Assembly: GCA_030141605.1 (NCBI GenBank)
Contig: JAQGDQ010000711.1
Span: 44,789 to 108,788 of the forward strand
Reading direction: 5' to 3'
Length of the DNA: 64,000 nt
DNA from: Tubiluchus corallicola
Lineage: Eukaryota; Animalia; Priapulida
Shown: one piece after another, positions 25,637 to 38,566 of the stretch
Layout: each line of letters starts with the position of its first letter
Numbering within the stretch: the stretch's first letter is position 1
The notes under the pieces: generated by a model
The model's input: the letters and a program-made list of their open reading frames with translations, nothing else
Database searches by the model: none
Told to the model about the DNA's origin: nothing
Translations under genes and position numbers: made by a program

Positions 25637-27732
25637 CTCGATTAAACAGCTACAGTTAGAAAAAAATGAATGCAACATTTCCTAATCAATATTCACATAC
25701 TGTAGAGGTATATGCCTTAGCTTAAGTAATCTTTACTATTCACTTCGTAAGCTACAGTTGCTTTTAAGCTCATCAAGTCAACCTTAAGCAAAAAATTATC
25801 AGCTTTGTGGCTTATAATTCAGCTTTCTATTAGAACTCTTGCTAAATCAAGCCGTAATTAGCTAAAGGATTGAGCATAAAGGCTTATTTCTGTAGCATTC
25901 ATTTAACAGGCGTTCATTGCTAGTTCTCCTCTTGTCTGATTTAATCCTTTCTGCCCCCGTAAAGGTTAATGAATTTATTTTAATCTGCGTAAGCCGTCAC
26001 CATGCGTCTCGTGGCTCGGAAAATGTGGCTTTTATGGCTTCGTGTGTTCACAGTTGAGCAACCGCTAAGCTTTTGGCCTGGCTTCTCGCGTTCACAGTTG
26101 AGCAACCGCTAAGCTTTTGGCCACACTTCCTAGAAATCGCGCGCGCTGTGAAATTACAGTTTGATGAAATTGAGTAAAATTCTCCCGCCCGCTGAAAGGC
26201 TAGCGTCTGATTATGGCTCGTGAAGCCATTGAATTCGCATGAATGGTAACACCTGCAAGAAACGCACTTTGTTTCTTTCCCTGGAATTCCGGGCGCTTTG
26301 CACGCAGCCTGGCGTGAACATTGAATGGAGTGTTAATTGGGGTAACATTTTTCATAGTTTAGCCTTCTTCATCAAACCGTAATGCTCCTTCGTTCAGCAT
26401 CATTTTAATGCTGATCCAACGAATCCAGTAGAGTTCATACTTCACGCGTATTTGTCCATACGGCAACGGTAATGGCAGCGATGGTTTGTAGTTCAGAGTA
26501 TTATCGATATGTTTAATTTAAACTGAATTACTGAATACATACTGTTAGAGCCATTAAATAGATATTAAAATTGTGAAAAGATTCAAATAAAATTTGTCAG
26601 AAAAAATGCAAATTGAAACAAAATTGTGTGTCCTTCTGTTACATCAGCATATATTTCTCAGTTTCTCGAGTTTAATTGAGTCGTGTAGATCTACTTGAGG
26701 TACATCTTTTTGATATTTTCTTTTAATTTTCGGTATCATTTTTATGTGGCAATACATCGTGAATTCCACGAGTAACAGTCTTGTGAAACAATAAACATTT
26801 TTAACTCGATTTATGTGTTTATAATCGTTATTTATTTAAAGTGGATTAACAAAACAGATGTAACAGATACAAGTCTCTCCAGTGCAGATGGAAGTGAGTC
26901 AGTGCATTAAACACCAGTGCTAATTTAACGATCAATAAGATTTTAAAGCAAATAACTTCAATTAGGCATACATATTTCAATTAGGCACAATATATAAGTC
27001 ACCTGGGCATTAGACAATGCAGTAAATCATCGCAATTAAGCAATACGCGAATTCACGTGAAAGAAAGTGTAAGCTCTAATCTGCAAGAACAACATAAATA
27101 TTGTACTCATTCTTCAGTTAGTAAAGTTACTTGACTTAGACTTTACGAAAATTTGCACAATTTTGAACTATGGTAAGTAGAAGCTCACTATTGCAAGATT
27201 TCAGTAAATTCCTCATCGAATTACACGTAAATTTATGGCTAAAATTTACAATTTGCTCATGGCTAATGAAATTGCTACAAAGTCATTATTAACTTATTGA
27301 AATATTGTGTTCATTTCTATAATGTGTACATTCAAAAAAGTAATATACATAATTTTCAATGGATCTGTTACGAGAACATACTGAACTAACTGTTAGGTTG
27401 TGAGTTAACAAATCAGAATTTCGCTTGCTTTTCAGAAAATGTGCAGAAGTTGATGTAACTGTTGTGTAGAACTTTTTGAATAAAAAACCAACATAAAGTG
27501 TTTATTTGGTATTTTTATCGTAATTCCGCATTCATTGTGTTAAGTCAGTTGTTTGCTCCGTATTCGTGCTAGCAGTGGCTCATATTCTCATGTCTGAGTG
27601 ATAATGACAACATGTGTTGTAGTTTTGAAACTTAACAGACAACTTTTTTGACTTTTGTCTAACGGTTTAGCTCTTTTTATATCATTTTGACAAGCTTTTT
27701 CACAATTCCAGTGATTGATTATGGTCGTGCAA

Positions 27733-28029
27733 AGGTCAAAGGTTAAGTGTACCAGTCAACTCATTTGCATACACTTGACAACGCCTTGAAGCCCATGCTA
27801 TTATAATATCAACAGTTTTAACAACTAGCTAGAACCTTACCTAGTTCATTTTTTCTTGTTTCCAAGCAATATCCTGCTGGTAAATACTCTATGAACAAAC
27901 TAAATTAAGTAATGTCCACGTAAAACAACATAAGTTACTGAACTGGTGTGGCAGACGGCTTTGCTTTATCCACGTCATGTGACGGTTGTAGTTAAGACGT
28001 GTTGCTGTGGCACACTTAACCTTTGACCT
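27733..28029 (+). mobile_element. Element of about 300 bp with inverted repeats aggtcaaaggttaagtgt / acacttaacctttgacct; inverted relative at about 48190-48570
   Basis: Perfect 18-bp inverted repeat. Internal catttgcatacacttgacaacgcc and ctagaaccttacctagttcattttttctt appear reverse-complemented near 48420-48550. Confidence 0.7.
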
Positions 28030-28282
28030 ACAGCAACTGTGTGTGCTCACAATGAAACTGTGAAAAGGTTTTTTAATGAGATTTTGCTATACACTAAGAA
28101 ACTTTTTGATAGTTCTGACAATATTCTGTTTGATAGACTTCAAACTGATGTAATTTTCAAAGGTCGTTTCGCAGCTTAAACGTTCACAGTTATGTTGCTG
28201 TTATCTTGCTCTTGGCAGAGGCTTGTCTAATTAAACTGAGTTTTGATTTCAAATAGTTACATGAATTTTTGTTTTTTTACAG

Positions 28283-28430
28283 CCCAGTGAAAGCTTCAGA
28301 AAAGTCAACATCGTCATCAGGTGCAAAAAACAGCCCTACGACAAAAAACAGTCCACAGTTGACGAGTGTTAATGGTCGGGGCAGCTTCCGAGGTGCCAAA
28401 AGTCCTCTTGTCTCGCACGTTGACAGTCAG
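28283..28430 (+). CDS. ADCY9: Adenylyl cyclase 9-like internal exon (Ser/Thr-rich C1b linker)
   Basis: tttttttacag acceptor and cag|gtgaat donor. Phase 2 in, phase 0 out; open frame PVKASEKSTSSSGAKNSPTT...SHVDSQ joins 18715 to 33668 in frame. Confidence 0.7.
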
Positions 28431-28490
28431 GTGAATTTTTGAAACATTTGAAAACTCGCACCAATGAGCGTTTTCATTCATTCATATTAA

Positions 28491-29378
28491 AGGAAAAGGC
28501 AAGTCATTTAGCACGTTGGCTTTATTTTGCTGCTATCATTTAAACTTAGAAAAATATAACAACAAATCTGTAAATAAAAGGCTGTCTATAAAGCATAAAG
28601 GTAATTTATGCCAATGCTGTATAGAAATTGTCAGGCGCAATGGCAGCCACCATTCACTTGAAAATTATGATGTAACTGGTGGATTTCATGACTTTTCATA
28701 AGTGCTTCGTGACTTCATATGTGAGCACTGCTTAAACTAATTTAAACTTACTGATGATGGAGAAAACAAATTCTTAAATGAAATTAACTATCAGCACCTG
28801 CTTCAGCAAAGACATGGCTTTTATTCAGACACGACGCAAGCATTTGCAACATAACCATGTTGTGTGAACATGACCATAACTAGTCTTAATGTTGCAGATG
28901 TTTGTGTTGTGTCTGAAGTGAAAGCCATGTCTTAGGCTGTTATTTTCATTTTAATTCAAACTTTTGCATTTTACCTCATGTTCATGCAAAAATATCACAA
29001 AATTAGCTTGATAATTTTTCTGCAAAAACTTATATTTTTAATGCAAATTGACAGCGCGTTGCTTTTCTTCAGTCGGTGAATGACGTCATTGGTGGACGAA
29101 TAGGTGACCAATCATTGAATGATCGCTACTTTAAAGTGATTTTACGAACTACACGAGGCACTTATCACACTTCTATTACTAAATTCTTCTGCTTTTCTTC
29201 AGTCATTTCTGAATGACGTCAGTGGTGGAAGAATAGGTGTCCAAACATTTAATGATCGCTACTGTAAGGTGATTTTACGAACCACACGAGGCGCTTATCA
29301 CACTTCTATTACTAAACTCTTCTAACATTTTTTGCAAACATTGAACTAATCCTAACTTTCCAGAGGCTTGACCTTTCC
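28491..29378 (+). mobile_element. Full-length TTAA-flanked MITE (Kolobok-like) with an internal duplication of about 125 bp
   Basis: TTAA|aggaaaaggcaag ... cttgacctttcct|TTAA. AG...CT termini with TTAA TSD fit Kolobok rather than piggyBac. At least four partial relatives in the window. Confidence 0.75.
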
Positions 29379-30311
29379 TTTAAGCAACAAACAAGAAAAT
29401 CCAGCTCACATTTCTTATCAATCGAAGCGTAATGATTTAAAATCAGAAAAGTGCTAATTCAGAAGTAGATAGGAAGGCACAATGAGAGGAGAAGGATAAG
29501 TCTCTTATGGCAAATTAATTAATTGTCTGCGCCCGCCCTATTCTTGGTTGCGTTGCGTCAACTTCGTCTATTTTCAGCAGAGCTGCTTACCCGGCTTTGT
29601 TGTAAATATCTTTTCAAGCGTCATATTTTCTTGCTGATACTTGGATTAAGAGAGACATTTGTACGTATCTATTTTGCATCATCATCATCAGGTTCCTGCC
29701 TGTCTAAGCAACTGCCATTTTCAGCTGTAAACAATTGCTCAAACACTAATATAACTTCGTCTAAAATGATTTTTGTTATATGCATTAATATTCCCTTCTC
29801 CCTTAAGATCAGCATTAAAACTTATTTCACTAAGAAGAGACAGTTATAACAGATAATCAGTAAGTGAACTAGTTACAATGCCGCCTGCTTTATTCCATCA
29901 AGGATCAGCTTTTTCTTTACTTTGCTGCTGGCTGCATGAGTTTTCAATCAGTTAAGTTCTCCAAATAATGAGAAGCTTCCTTTTCAAGATAATTTATGTT
30001 TCAGTAATCTGCCTAATATACTAGTAATCTCATTTCAGATATTTATAGCTAAATTATGGTTACGCATTGTGTCCTAAATTACATGATGATCTCATGGCGG
30101 AACATACTAATAATACTTAGCGTTTCTCCGGCTCTTGTCTGCTTAATAATAAATGCTTTTCCTAATACTGTGGCTGATTCTATTTGTATGAAAATAAATT
30201 GCTCACCCCCCACCCTAGTACTTTTATTGATGCAACTAGTCTCTTCTCCCTTGAGCTTTGCAGTGGCTCAACTCAACTTATCGCGTTCTTCATTATCGAA
30301 TGTCTGCCTGG

Positions 30312-30695
30312 CAGGGCCTATTTCAGCCTAGCCGAGGCCCGGGAAAGTGGGGCATGTGAGGCCCCATGGGGGGTGGGGGTGCGCCAGGGGGCGGGGGCCA
30401 CCATGGTTGGCGCCCAGAACATTTTTGAACTGCTAGAACGCCGGAGAAGCATTTTCGAAGAGAAAATATGGAGTTATACAGTTGTTAAAGGAAAGAACAA
30501 TTGAAAGAAAAACTGCTTTATTGTCAAGGCCAGTCTTTAATACTTGTCCATCCTGGCAAACGGCGCGCGTGTGGCAAGAGAGGGAGAGAGGAGGCAGTAT
30601 GTTCACTTAAAGCAAAAAAAAATGTTACCTTGGCGCTAGGCCCCCCTGGAGGGTGAGGCCCCGGGGAAGTATCCCCCCCATTGAAATAGGCCCTG
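30312..30695. mobile_element. hAT-type MITE
   Basis: Perfect 14-bp TIR cagggcctatttca/tgaaataggccctg and perfect 8-bp TSD ctgcctgg (30304-30311, 30696-30703). Confidence 0.92.
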
Positions 30696-31109
30696 CTGCC
30701 TGGCGGAATTCTTCAACAATTCACCATAAATTTCCATGATGGTGAATGATGACAAAGATTTTGATTTTACAAGTTAAAACTGACAGGCTTGTTAGTGAGA
30801 TCTTGATTATTTATTTTCCTGTTTTAGCATGTTCATCAATTCTATTCTCTATTAACCTTTCTTTCTACTCCTTTACTGCTCTTTTCTATTACACTCAGTC
30901 CACATTCATTTGGGGTGCTCTAAACAAGTAATTACTTCTTGAGTACCCCACGGGTCATTTGCGGCTTGATGTCTTGTGTAGATAATAATAAATATATTAT
31001 TAAATACTTTTATGTACAATGCTGTAATGATCATTGTGGATATATTAAATAAATAAATAAATAAAAATAAAAAACAAAGTTTATTCTAAACATGACTTGA
31101 AAAGAGTTT

Positions 31110-31520
31110 ACATTTCCCCATAGAATTTAGGCTCCTTAACCTTGTCCTAAGTCTAACCCTACATTTCCCCCATAGAATTTAGGCTCCTTAACCTTGTCCT
31201 AACTCTAACCCTACATTTCCCCCATAGAATTTAGGCTCCTTAACCTTGTCCTAACTCTAACCCTACATTTCCCCATAGAATTTAGGCTCCCTAACCTTGT
31301 CCTAACTCTAACCCTACATTTCCCCATAGAATTTAGGCTCCTTAACCTTGTCCTAAGTCTAACCCTACATTTCCCCCATAGAATTTAGGCTCCCTAACCT
31401 TGTCCTAACTCTAACCCTACATTTCCCCATAGAATTTAGGCTCCCTAACCTTGTCCTAAGTCTAACCCTACATTCCCCCATAGAATTTAGGCTCCTTAAC
31501 CTTGTCCTAAGTCTAACCCC
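31110..31520. repeat. Minisatellite, 51-52-bp unit (catttccccatagaatttaggctccttaaccttgtcctaactctaacccta), 8 copies, inside a TAACCC-core element
   Basis: Direct reading; the right flank matches the 7653/20690 family. Confidence 0.92.
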
Positions 31521-32267
31521 AATCCACTTCACAAGCTATTCTCTTGTGTATGAGGAATTGTAAACTTTACTCATAACTTTGATAATTTTTTTATAGAACA
31601 CAACTGTAGTGAAAAAAAATCGATATTACATATCTTAAAATGTGTAAAAAAGAGATTGCTTTCTGATCACATCATTAATTCTGACATAATTATTCAGGAA
31701 CTTCTAGGTAAAAAAATGGCCAAACAGTTTAAGTCATAAGTCATTTATTTCACAATACACATTTACAATGGTTACATATACAATATCTAGTGAAAGGGCC
31801 TACAATGGATATAATACAAGTAAGAAATACTGCACAGGAAAAGCCTCAAACATTGTTCACGAAGGTAAATGTGTTGCGGGCAATCAAAAAGCAGGGCTTA
31901 TTAGATTGTCCCACACAGTGATAGAGAAAAAAGTAATGGAGATAATCTGAAAATTTAGTGAATCGTGATAAAAATAAAAAAAACATTAGTGCTTAAAATG
32001 GAATGATTTAATTAATGAAGCTCATATATGGGATGATATATATGATAGAAAGTCTCTTTTGAAATATTGTCCTGGCTATGATTATCTCTGCGAGTGAAAT
32101 GTAATGTCTGTGATAAGCCTGACACCCACAGCCATAAGAACCACTTACAACGGTATTAGTCTCGCTCACTCTCAGTCTCAAAGTAGCCATATATTGCCGA
32201 GTTGCGAGAATTAGAATCGTAGATGTAAGTTAATCTGTCTTTCAGTTGTAAATAATACTGAATGTTA

Positions 32268-32826
32268 AAGGAAAATTCAAGCCTTCTGGTGAGCTAGGTT
32301 TATTTCAATGTTCATAAAAAAGTTAAAAGAATTTAGTGATGATAAGAGCCTCGTGTGATTAGTAAAATCACTTTAACATCACAAACATTTCGCACTATTA
32401 TTCCCATTTTGAGCGCTCATTCTTCTACCAATGACATCATTCATCTTCTAGAGAAAAGCAATGCACTGTCAATTATCAAAAGTATAATAAGTTTTTACAA
32501 GAAATTAGATAGCTAATTTAGTGATAGTTTTACATGAACATTAAGTAAGGTGCAGAACTTTGAATTAGTTTAAGTAGCGCATGCTCACTGAAAATTAGGA
32601 TGTGCTCACAAAAAGTCACGTCCACTATATGAAGTCCACTAGTTGCATCATAAATTTCAAGTGAGCGGCAGCTACCACTGCACCTGAAGTTTTTCATATA
32701 GCGATAATATAAATTACCATTGTTCATTATAGGCAGCTGTTTGCAAATTTCATTGTTTAATTTTTCTAAGTTGAACTGATAACAGTAAAATGAGCCCAAC
32801 ATGCTAAGTGACTTGTTTTTTCCTTT
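32268..32826 (-). mobile_element. Inverted copy of the Kolobok-like MITE
   Basis: Begins ttaaaggaaaattcaagcc and ends gtgacttgttttttcctttag; reverse-complement similarity to 28491-29378. Confidence 0.7.
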
Positions 32827-33612
32827 AGCACACCACAAACAGTTTAGGTGATAACAGTAAAATAAACCCAACATACTGAGTGATTTGTTCTTTCCCTTAG
32901 CACACCACAAACAGTTTAAGTGATAACAGTTAAATAAACCCAACAGACTGAGCAACTTGTTCTTTCCTTTAGCACACTACAAACAGTTGAAGTGATAACA
33001 GTAAAATAAACCCAACATACTGAATGATGTGTCCTTTCCTTTAGCACACCACAAACAGTTGAAGTGATAACAGTAAAATAAACCCAACATACTGAGCAAC
33101 TTGTCCTTTCCTTTAGCACACCACAAACAGTTGAAGTGATAACAGTAAAATAAACCCAACATACTGAGTGATGTGTCCTTTCCTTTAGCACACCACAAAC
33201 AGTTGAAGTGATAACAGTAAAATAAACCCAACATACTGAGCAACTTGTCCTTTCCTTTAGCACACCACAAACAGTTTAAGTAATAACAGTAAAATAAACC
33301 CAACATACTGAATGATGTGTCCTTTCCTTTAGCACACCACAAACAGTTGAAGTGATAACAGTAAAATAAACCCAACATACTGAGCAACTTGTTCTTTCCT
33401 TTAGCACACTACAAACAGTTGAAGTGATAACAGTAAAATAAACCCAACATACTGAGTGACTTGTTCTTTCCTTTAGCACACCACAAACAGTTGAAGTGAT
33501 AGCAGTAAAATAAACCCAATATACTGAGTGATTTGTTCTTTCCCTTAGCACACCACAAACAGTTTAAGTGATAACAGTAAAATGAGCCCAGCTGGTTAAG
33601 TGACTTTTCTTT
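32780..33612. repeat. Satellite, 72-bp unit, about 11 copies, derived from the MITE terminus
   Basis: gcacaccacaaacag recurs at 32828, 32900, 32972; the unit includes the MITE end gataacagtaaaa...cttgttctttccttta. Confidence 0.92.
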
Positions 33613-33667
33613 AATAGCTGCAAGAATTTGCTGTAAGAGTAACAGCATTTTTACCTTCTCATTTCAG

Positions 33668-35442
33668 TTGAGTGCTAATGGAATGACACCCACTATCCTG
33701 TTGACAAGACGTGGCAGTGGTCTGTATAACATCACCTCCAGTACGTCGTCCGTACTAGAACCTCGCACGGATGATAAGCGCAGCAACGTCTATGTTGATG
33801 ATGACCGCAACGAGAGCATCATGACTCATTACCAGCAGCAGCGTGATCAATCGGACAAGCAGCTGATTGAAGCTGTGAATCCGCATCTTCAGGAAGAGGA
33901 CTACTTCTACAGGCTCCCGATTAACAACTGGTGTCTGAATTTCAAGGACAGTGAAGTTGAAAGTGATTACAAGGAACACTACAGGGATGAAACAGCTCAG
34001 CCGGTAAAAACATTTTCATCTCCCAGTTTTATCACCTTTCTCGACATGGCCGTCGCATTGATTATATTCAGTATTATATCGATCGCTTGCTTTGTGGTTT
34101 TTGAAGACAATTTAGCTTGGCTAATATTCTTTCCTGTCGCAATGTTCTTTGAGATCGTTTTCATCGTTCCTCTGTCAAGGGACGTGTTTTGTACCGATGC
34201 AATGTCTCAGTGTTTTGCCAAGTTATCGTACTTCTTTGCCGGCTGGAGAGCTCGACACGTCATTGGCGCCATCGTCATCAGTATTCCATCACTGGCCGTG
34301 TTCAGCAACTTCTACTGTCCCTCGTTGCAGAATTCGGCCGTGTCGAGATTTTATTGTTACGTGGTGCTTATTACGATTTTGCATTATTGCAATTTTACAC
34401 AACTCACTTGCTGGATGAAGTCCTTTCTAGCCATGTTCGTAGGCATCGCATTATTGGTCCTGTTAAATATCACTCCGTGTTTGCCGGACTCCCTCTTGAG
34501 CAATTCTACCGATAGCTCCCTCGGAACAAAGAATGGCCTATTTCACGGAGAAAGCTCGGCGGGACTGTTTTCTAAAAATGATAGCTTGAAGGTGGAGATT
34601 GTTCTTGATATCATGCTTTTGCTAATCTTGGTCTTTTTTCTGAATCGGGAGCTCGAAATAAGTTACCGCCTCTGTTACCATGCCGATGTGGAAGCCACGA
34701 AAGATAAAGAAAAGATTCAGACACTGAAGAACCAAGCCGACTGGTTGTTGCACAACATCATTCCAGAGTATGTCACTGATAGTCTGAAAAACACGTGCAA
34801 ATATTCCCGCAACCACGAATGTGTCGGAGTCATCTTCGCTAGCATTGTTAACTTTTCGGAAATGTATGACGAGAGCTTTGAGGGCGGACGAGAGTATCTG
34901 CGTGTTCTGAACGAGGTCGTCGGCGATTTTGATGAACTTCTTGATAGGCCGGAGTTTGTGAGTGTGGAAAAGATCAAAACGATCGGCAGCACGTTTATGG
35001 CTGCTTCCGGACTGAATCCCAACTTGCGAAACACCCACAAATTCGCTCACTTGTTTGAGCTGATGGATTTCGCTATTGAAATGCAAAAAACTCTGAAAAT
35101 TTTTAACGAATCTTTGCTAGAATTCAAATTTATCATGCGCATCGGATATTATTTTGGTGAAGTAACGGCAGGTGTGATCGGCACCACAAAACTACTATAT
35201 GACATTTGGGGTGACACCGTGAATATGGCTTCGCGCATGGACAGTACCGGACTGTCCGAACATATACAAGTACCCGAAGACTGTATATAGACGTGTTGAG
35301 TGAAATATATGAATTTAAATATCGTTCACTGGTTAAACTAAAAGGGAAGACCGATACTAACGTATGTAACTTAGTAGGTAAAAAAGAGGGGGCCACATAT
35401 CCAATTTCATATCTGCAGGAGAAATCGCAGCTACTTAATTAG
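33668..35442 (+). CDS. ADCY9: Adenylyl cyclase type 9-like terminal exon (C1b end, M2 transmembrane cluster, C2 catalytic domain); frameshift near 35285
   Basis: tttcag acceptor. Motifs QADWLLHNIIP, GVIFASIVNFSEMYDESFEGGREYLRVLNE, EKIKTIGSTFMAASG and the AC9-type AGVIGTTKLLYDIWGDTVNMASRMDSTG. ORF stops at 35290, but homology (YEFKYRSLVKLKGK) continues in a shifted frame to TAG at 35440-35442. Confidence 0.95.
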
Positions 35443-35823
35443 TATGAAATTATGAAGATTCCACATTGATGCTCATCTAGAAATAACTTAAATATTATGA
35501 AAAATTAATTTATTTAGTTGTAAATTTAACATGTAGGTTATTGACGATGGCCTGTGTCAACTTTGTAAATTTTGGAAATGATTATATCATTTCAAGCTTT
35601 TGTGTTATACAGTCTTACGGTATTTTTGGCAAGTGAATCCATTTTAAAAATAATTATTTTGTTAATGTGAATATTTTGCAGTACATTGTTCTCTAGTTTT
35701 ATTGTAAATAATTAGATCATGTTGTAGAAGAACAAGTGTTATTTGGCATTATCGTGATTTTACTGTTAAATTAAGTTTAATTTAATAAAAGTGTATTTTT
35801 AGTCAGGTAGCAATATTGCCTAA

Positions 35824-36649
35824 AGCCAGGTTTCGCCGAATTTGCGACTATCTGAAAATTTTTACATCCAGCAGTCACCAAATATGCTCCAAAAATCCCC
35901 ATATACTCGCAAAACATTCGCGGGTGCTCACCATTGTCACCAAAAGATTCCTGGTTTCCGCAAAAATTTTTAAAATGTTTAAGTTTGTCGCCAGAGTCAC
36001 AAAACTCCCCACCTCGCCAAAACTTCTTCAAACCGTCGTAAAGTTGTCTAAACATGCACCAAACCTGCACAAATACGTTGCTAATTATTAGTTAATTATG
36101 ACTGCAATTGTCAGAATTCACGGTCATAGTTAATTAATAATATCATTAGTTGCCAGCTAATTTAGGAAAGTATTTGTATGCTGGCAGTTATTCATGATAT
36201 TTGTCAACAATTTTACAATTCACAAAAGCTCTGCGACATTTTCTGATGCTTAAGACATTTTGAGAATACTGCGACGATTTTTCAACTAATTTTCAAAAAT
36301 TTTGCCGACATCTTGCAGAAGCTCAGTTGCCCCGCATTTCTTTCTGCGAAAATTCTGGTGAAATAGTAATGAAATGATCTCAATATACTTAAGCAAATTG
36401 TCACAGAAGTAGCCAGATGTACGCAAATGGATCGTGCAAATTTCGTTCAATGTTCTCCGGAACTTGGCCCGAGAAAAAGCCTGAAATTTGCAAAGATGTG
36501 TCGAAAATCGTGGGAATTTCGTTAGGACTTCACAAATGATTTGCGATCTGGGCAATAAAACACCGCCAGGAAAATTTTTTGGTGACTGCCAGACTAAGAA
36601 AATTTTCGATCATCGCAAAAAATCATCAAGATTCCGTGAAAATCTGGCT
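35824..36649. mobile_element. PIF/Harbinger-like MITE
   Basis: TAA|agccaggtttc ... gaaaatctggct|TAA: imperfect TIRs with 3-bp TAA TSD. Confidence 0.65.
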
Positions 36650-38154
36650 TAACATTTACGTTTTGCTTTTACACAGCTACATTTTGTCCTAGAATTAAAT
36701 TTGCTGTGATTGTAAGACCTAAAATAGTTATTGTTAAAATATGATAGCCCGTTCTCATCATTGCTGAGGATATCCCTTTAATATGAGCCACTGGCAATGG
36801 CACCATGGACATGTTTAGATGTATGTATACCTTTTTTGTGAGGTAGACAATCACAATCTCCACGGCGAATGAAACCACTCAAAGTATCAAACTTAGGCAG
36901 TGATGAGCCAGTCATGTGAAGCGTAGGATGAGTTGTTCACTGATTATGAACCCTACCATCGTATTCCTTGAACTGTTGTCAAAAGTACTTGAGAATAATT
37001 TGCATGCCTTCTTCTCCCAGTTACCTCAATGAGGGAGGATGGGATGTGTATCATTGTTGTAAATCATACATCAGACAACATCATTGTTTATAGAGTAGGC
37101 CATGATACTGTCACTAAGTCTAAGGCCTCGGCTGGCATAGTCACATAAGGCTTCACTGAAGTGGAAGAGGCATCTTATCACATTTGGATTTTTGTATGTC
37201 CACTTTAAAATTAATGACCAGAAGCAGTTTGGCAGGTTAGACCACATAAATGTGATTTTCCAAACATCCATTTATGGACCAGAATGAAACCCAGTGTTGC
37301 TTAACTTCATATGTGTTGAAGGTCCCGTGATTGTATCTGTGAGTAGCATTTTTTAACTACATAAGCCTTCGTGTTAGGTAGATGTACATGTACATAATAT
37401 CATTGTTACTTGTATGTTTGTCTGTAACTAATAAGGCTACCATATTGTAATATTGTACTTGTAGTGTTGCTGACAGAGGTACTTGTAGTGTTGCTGACAG
37501 GGCGAGCGTTCTCTACCAAAGTTTGAATCGAATTTGTGATTTTTGCACTTTCGAATCAAAACGAATTTCGGAATTCTCGAATGGGAATCAAATTCAGTTT
37601 TAAAGATTTTCGAATCATTGATAAAAAGCAGTCTCACAAAGATTGTGCATATTACTCGATTTTGTTCTGCAAAAAAACACTAATAATTTGTTTGAAAATT
37701 GTACAGAAATTGTAGCTAAACTGTGCTGATTGCATGATATTCAAAAATATTTTAGTGATAAAAAACGCATGTCATTTAAATGGTGAATGCTCACTCCTAA
37801 CAGCTGAAAAGTATTTGATTTTTATCATGCAGACTTTTTCACTGTATTCTGCTGTATTAACCAAAGTAATGCTCTTAAGCTGCCGGCATAGCTACACATC
37901 TAGTTACTCTAGTAATACTCGAGTAATAACACTTAAAATACGTTATTTTCTGCCTACTTGTGTATGTGCCAGAGGTATTTATACTTAAAGAATTAGCGAT
38001 GTTTTATGTCGTGATTGTAAAATGTGAAAATTTAAAATTGACTCTTTTTATTATTTGTTTTCTGATCTAACGGATTAGGCAGGAAAATGGCGTTTTATAA
38101 TGCTGTAACCATTGAAGGTTAAACTGTTGGGCACTCGAATGTAGGCTTCCTTGT

Positions 38155-38566
38155 CAGGGGTTTAGCCAGGTTCGAAAGTTAGGGAGAGCAAGCGTATAAA
38201 TAGGGTGCCATGACACATACCAAATAATTTTTAACGTATTAGCTATACATTGTAATTTTGTTTAAAATCAAAACGTGAGGAAGATACAGATTTAAAGGAT
38301 GTACATAATTATTATTTTGTATTTAAAATTAAAACACAACAGGGAATTTTGCAGTAAGCTCTTAAATCTCAAAACATAATAATAACATGAGGTGCTATTT
38401 AATTATTTTAATTTGACACATAAAATGAAGCATTGTGAAAAATGTATCATGAAGGAATTACAATTGTTGAAATTGTACAATAAAAATTGTTGAAAAGGCA
38501 CCAATTTTGAAAAATGCACTAGATGGAGCTGTTGCTCCCTTTGCTTCCCTATTGGCTAAGGCACTG
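38155..38566. mobile_element. hAT-like MITE, degenerate
   Basis: caggggtttagcca ... tggctaaggcactg imperfect TIRs; only cttgt is shared by the flanks. Confidence 0.5.

Noticed and set aside
29870-30800. Very degenerate minus-strand LINE RT remnant around the hAT MITE
   Set aside because: Only faint motif echoes (VL-GG-VS, MF-HE-I); not supportable without alignment.
33755-35086. Antisense and alternative-frame ORFs over the cyclase exon
   Set aside because: Shadow ORFs of a GC-richer coding exon; no recognisable motifs.
36670-37330. Possible minus-strand LINE endonuclease remnant (VGFII-like)
   Set aside because: Too decayed to call by eye.
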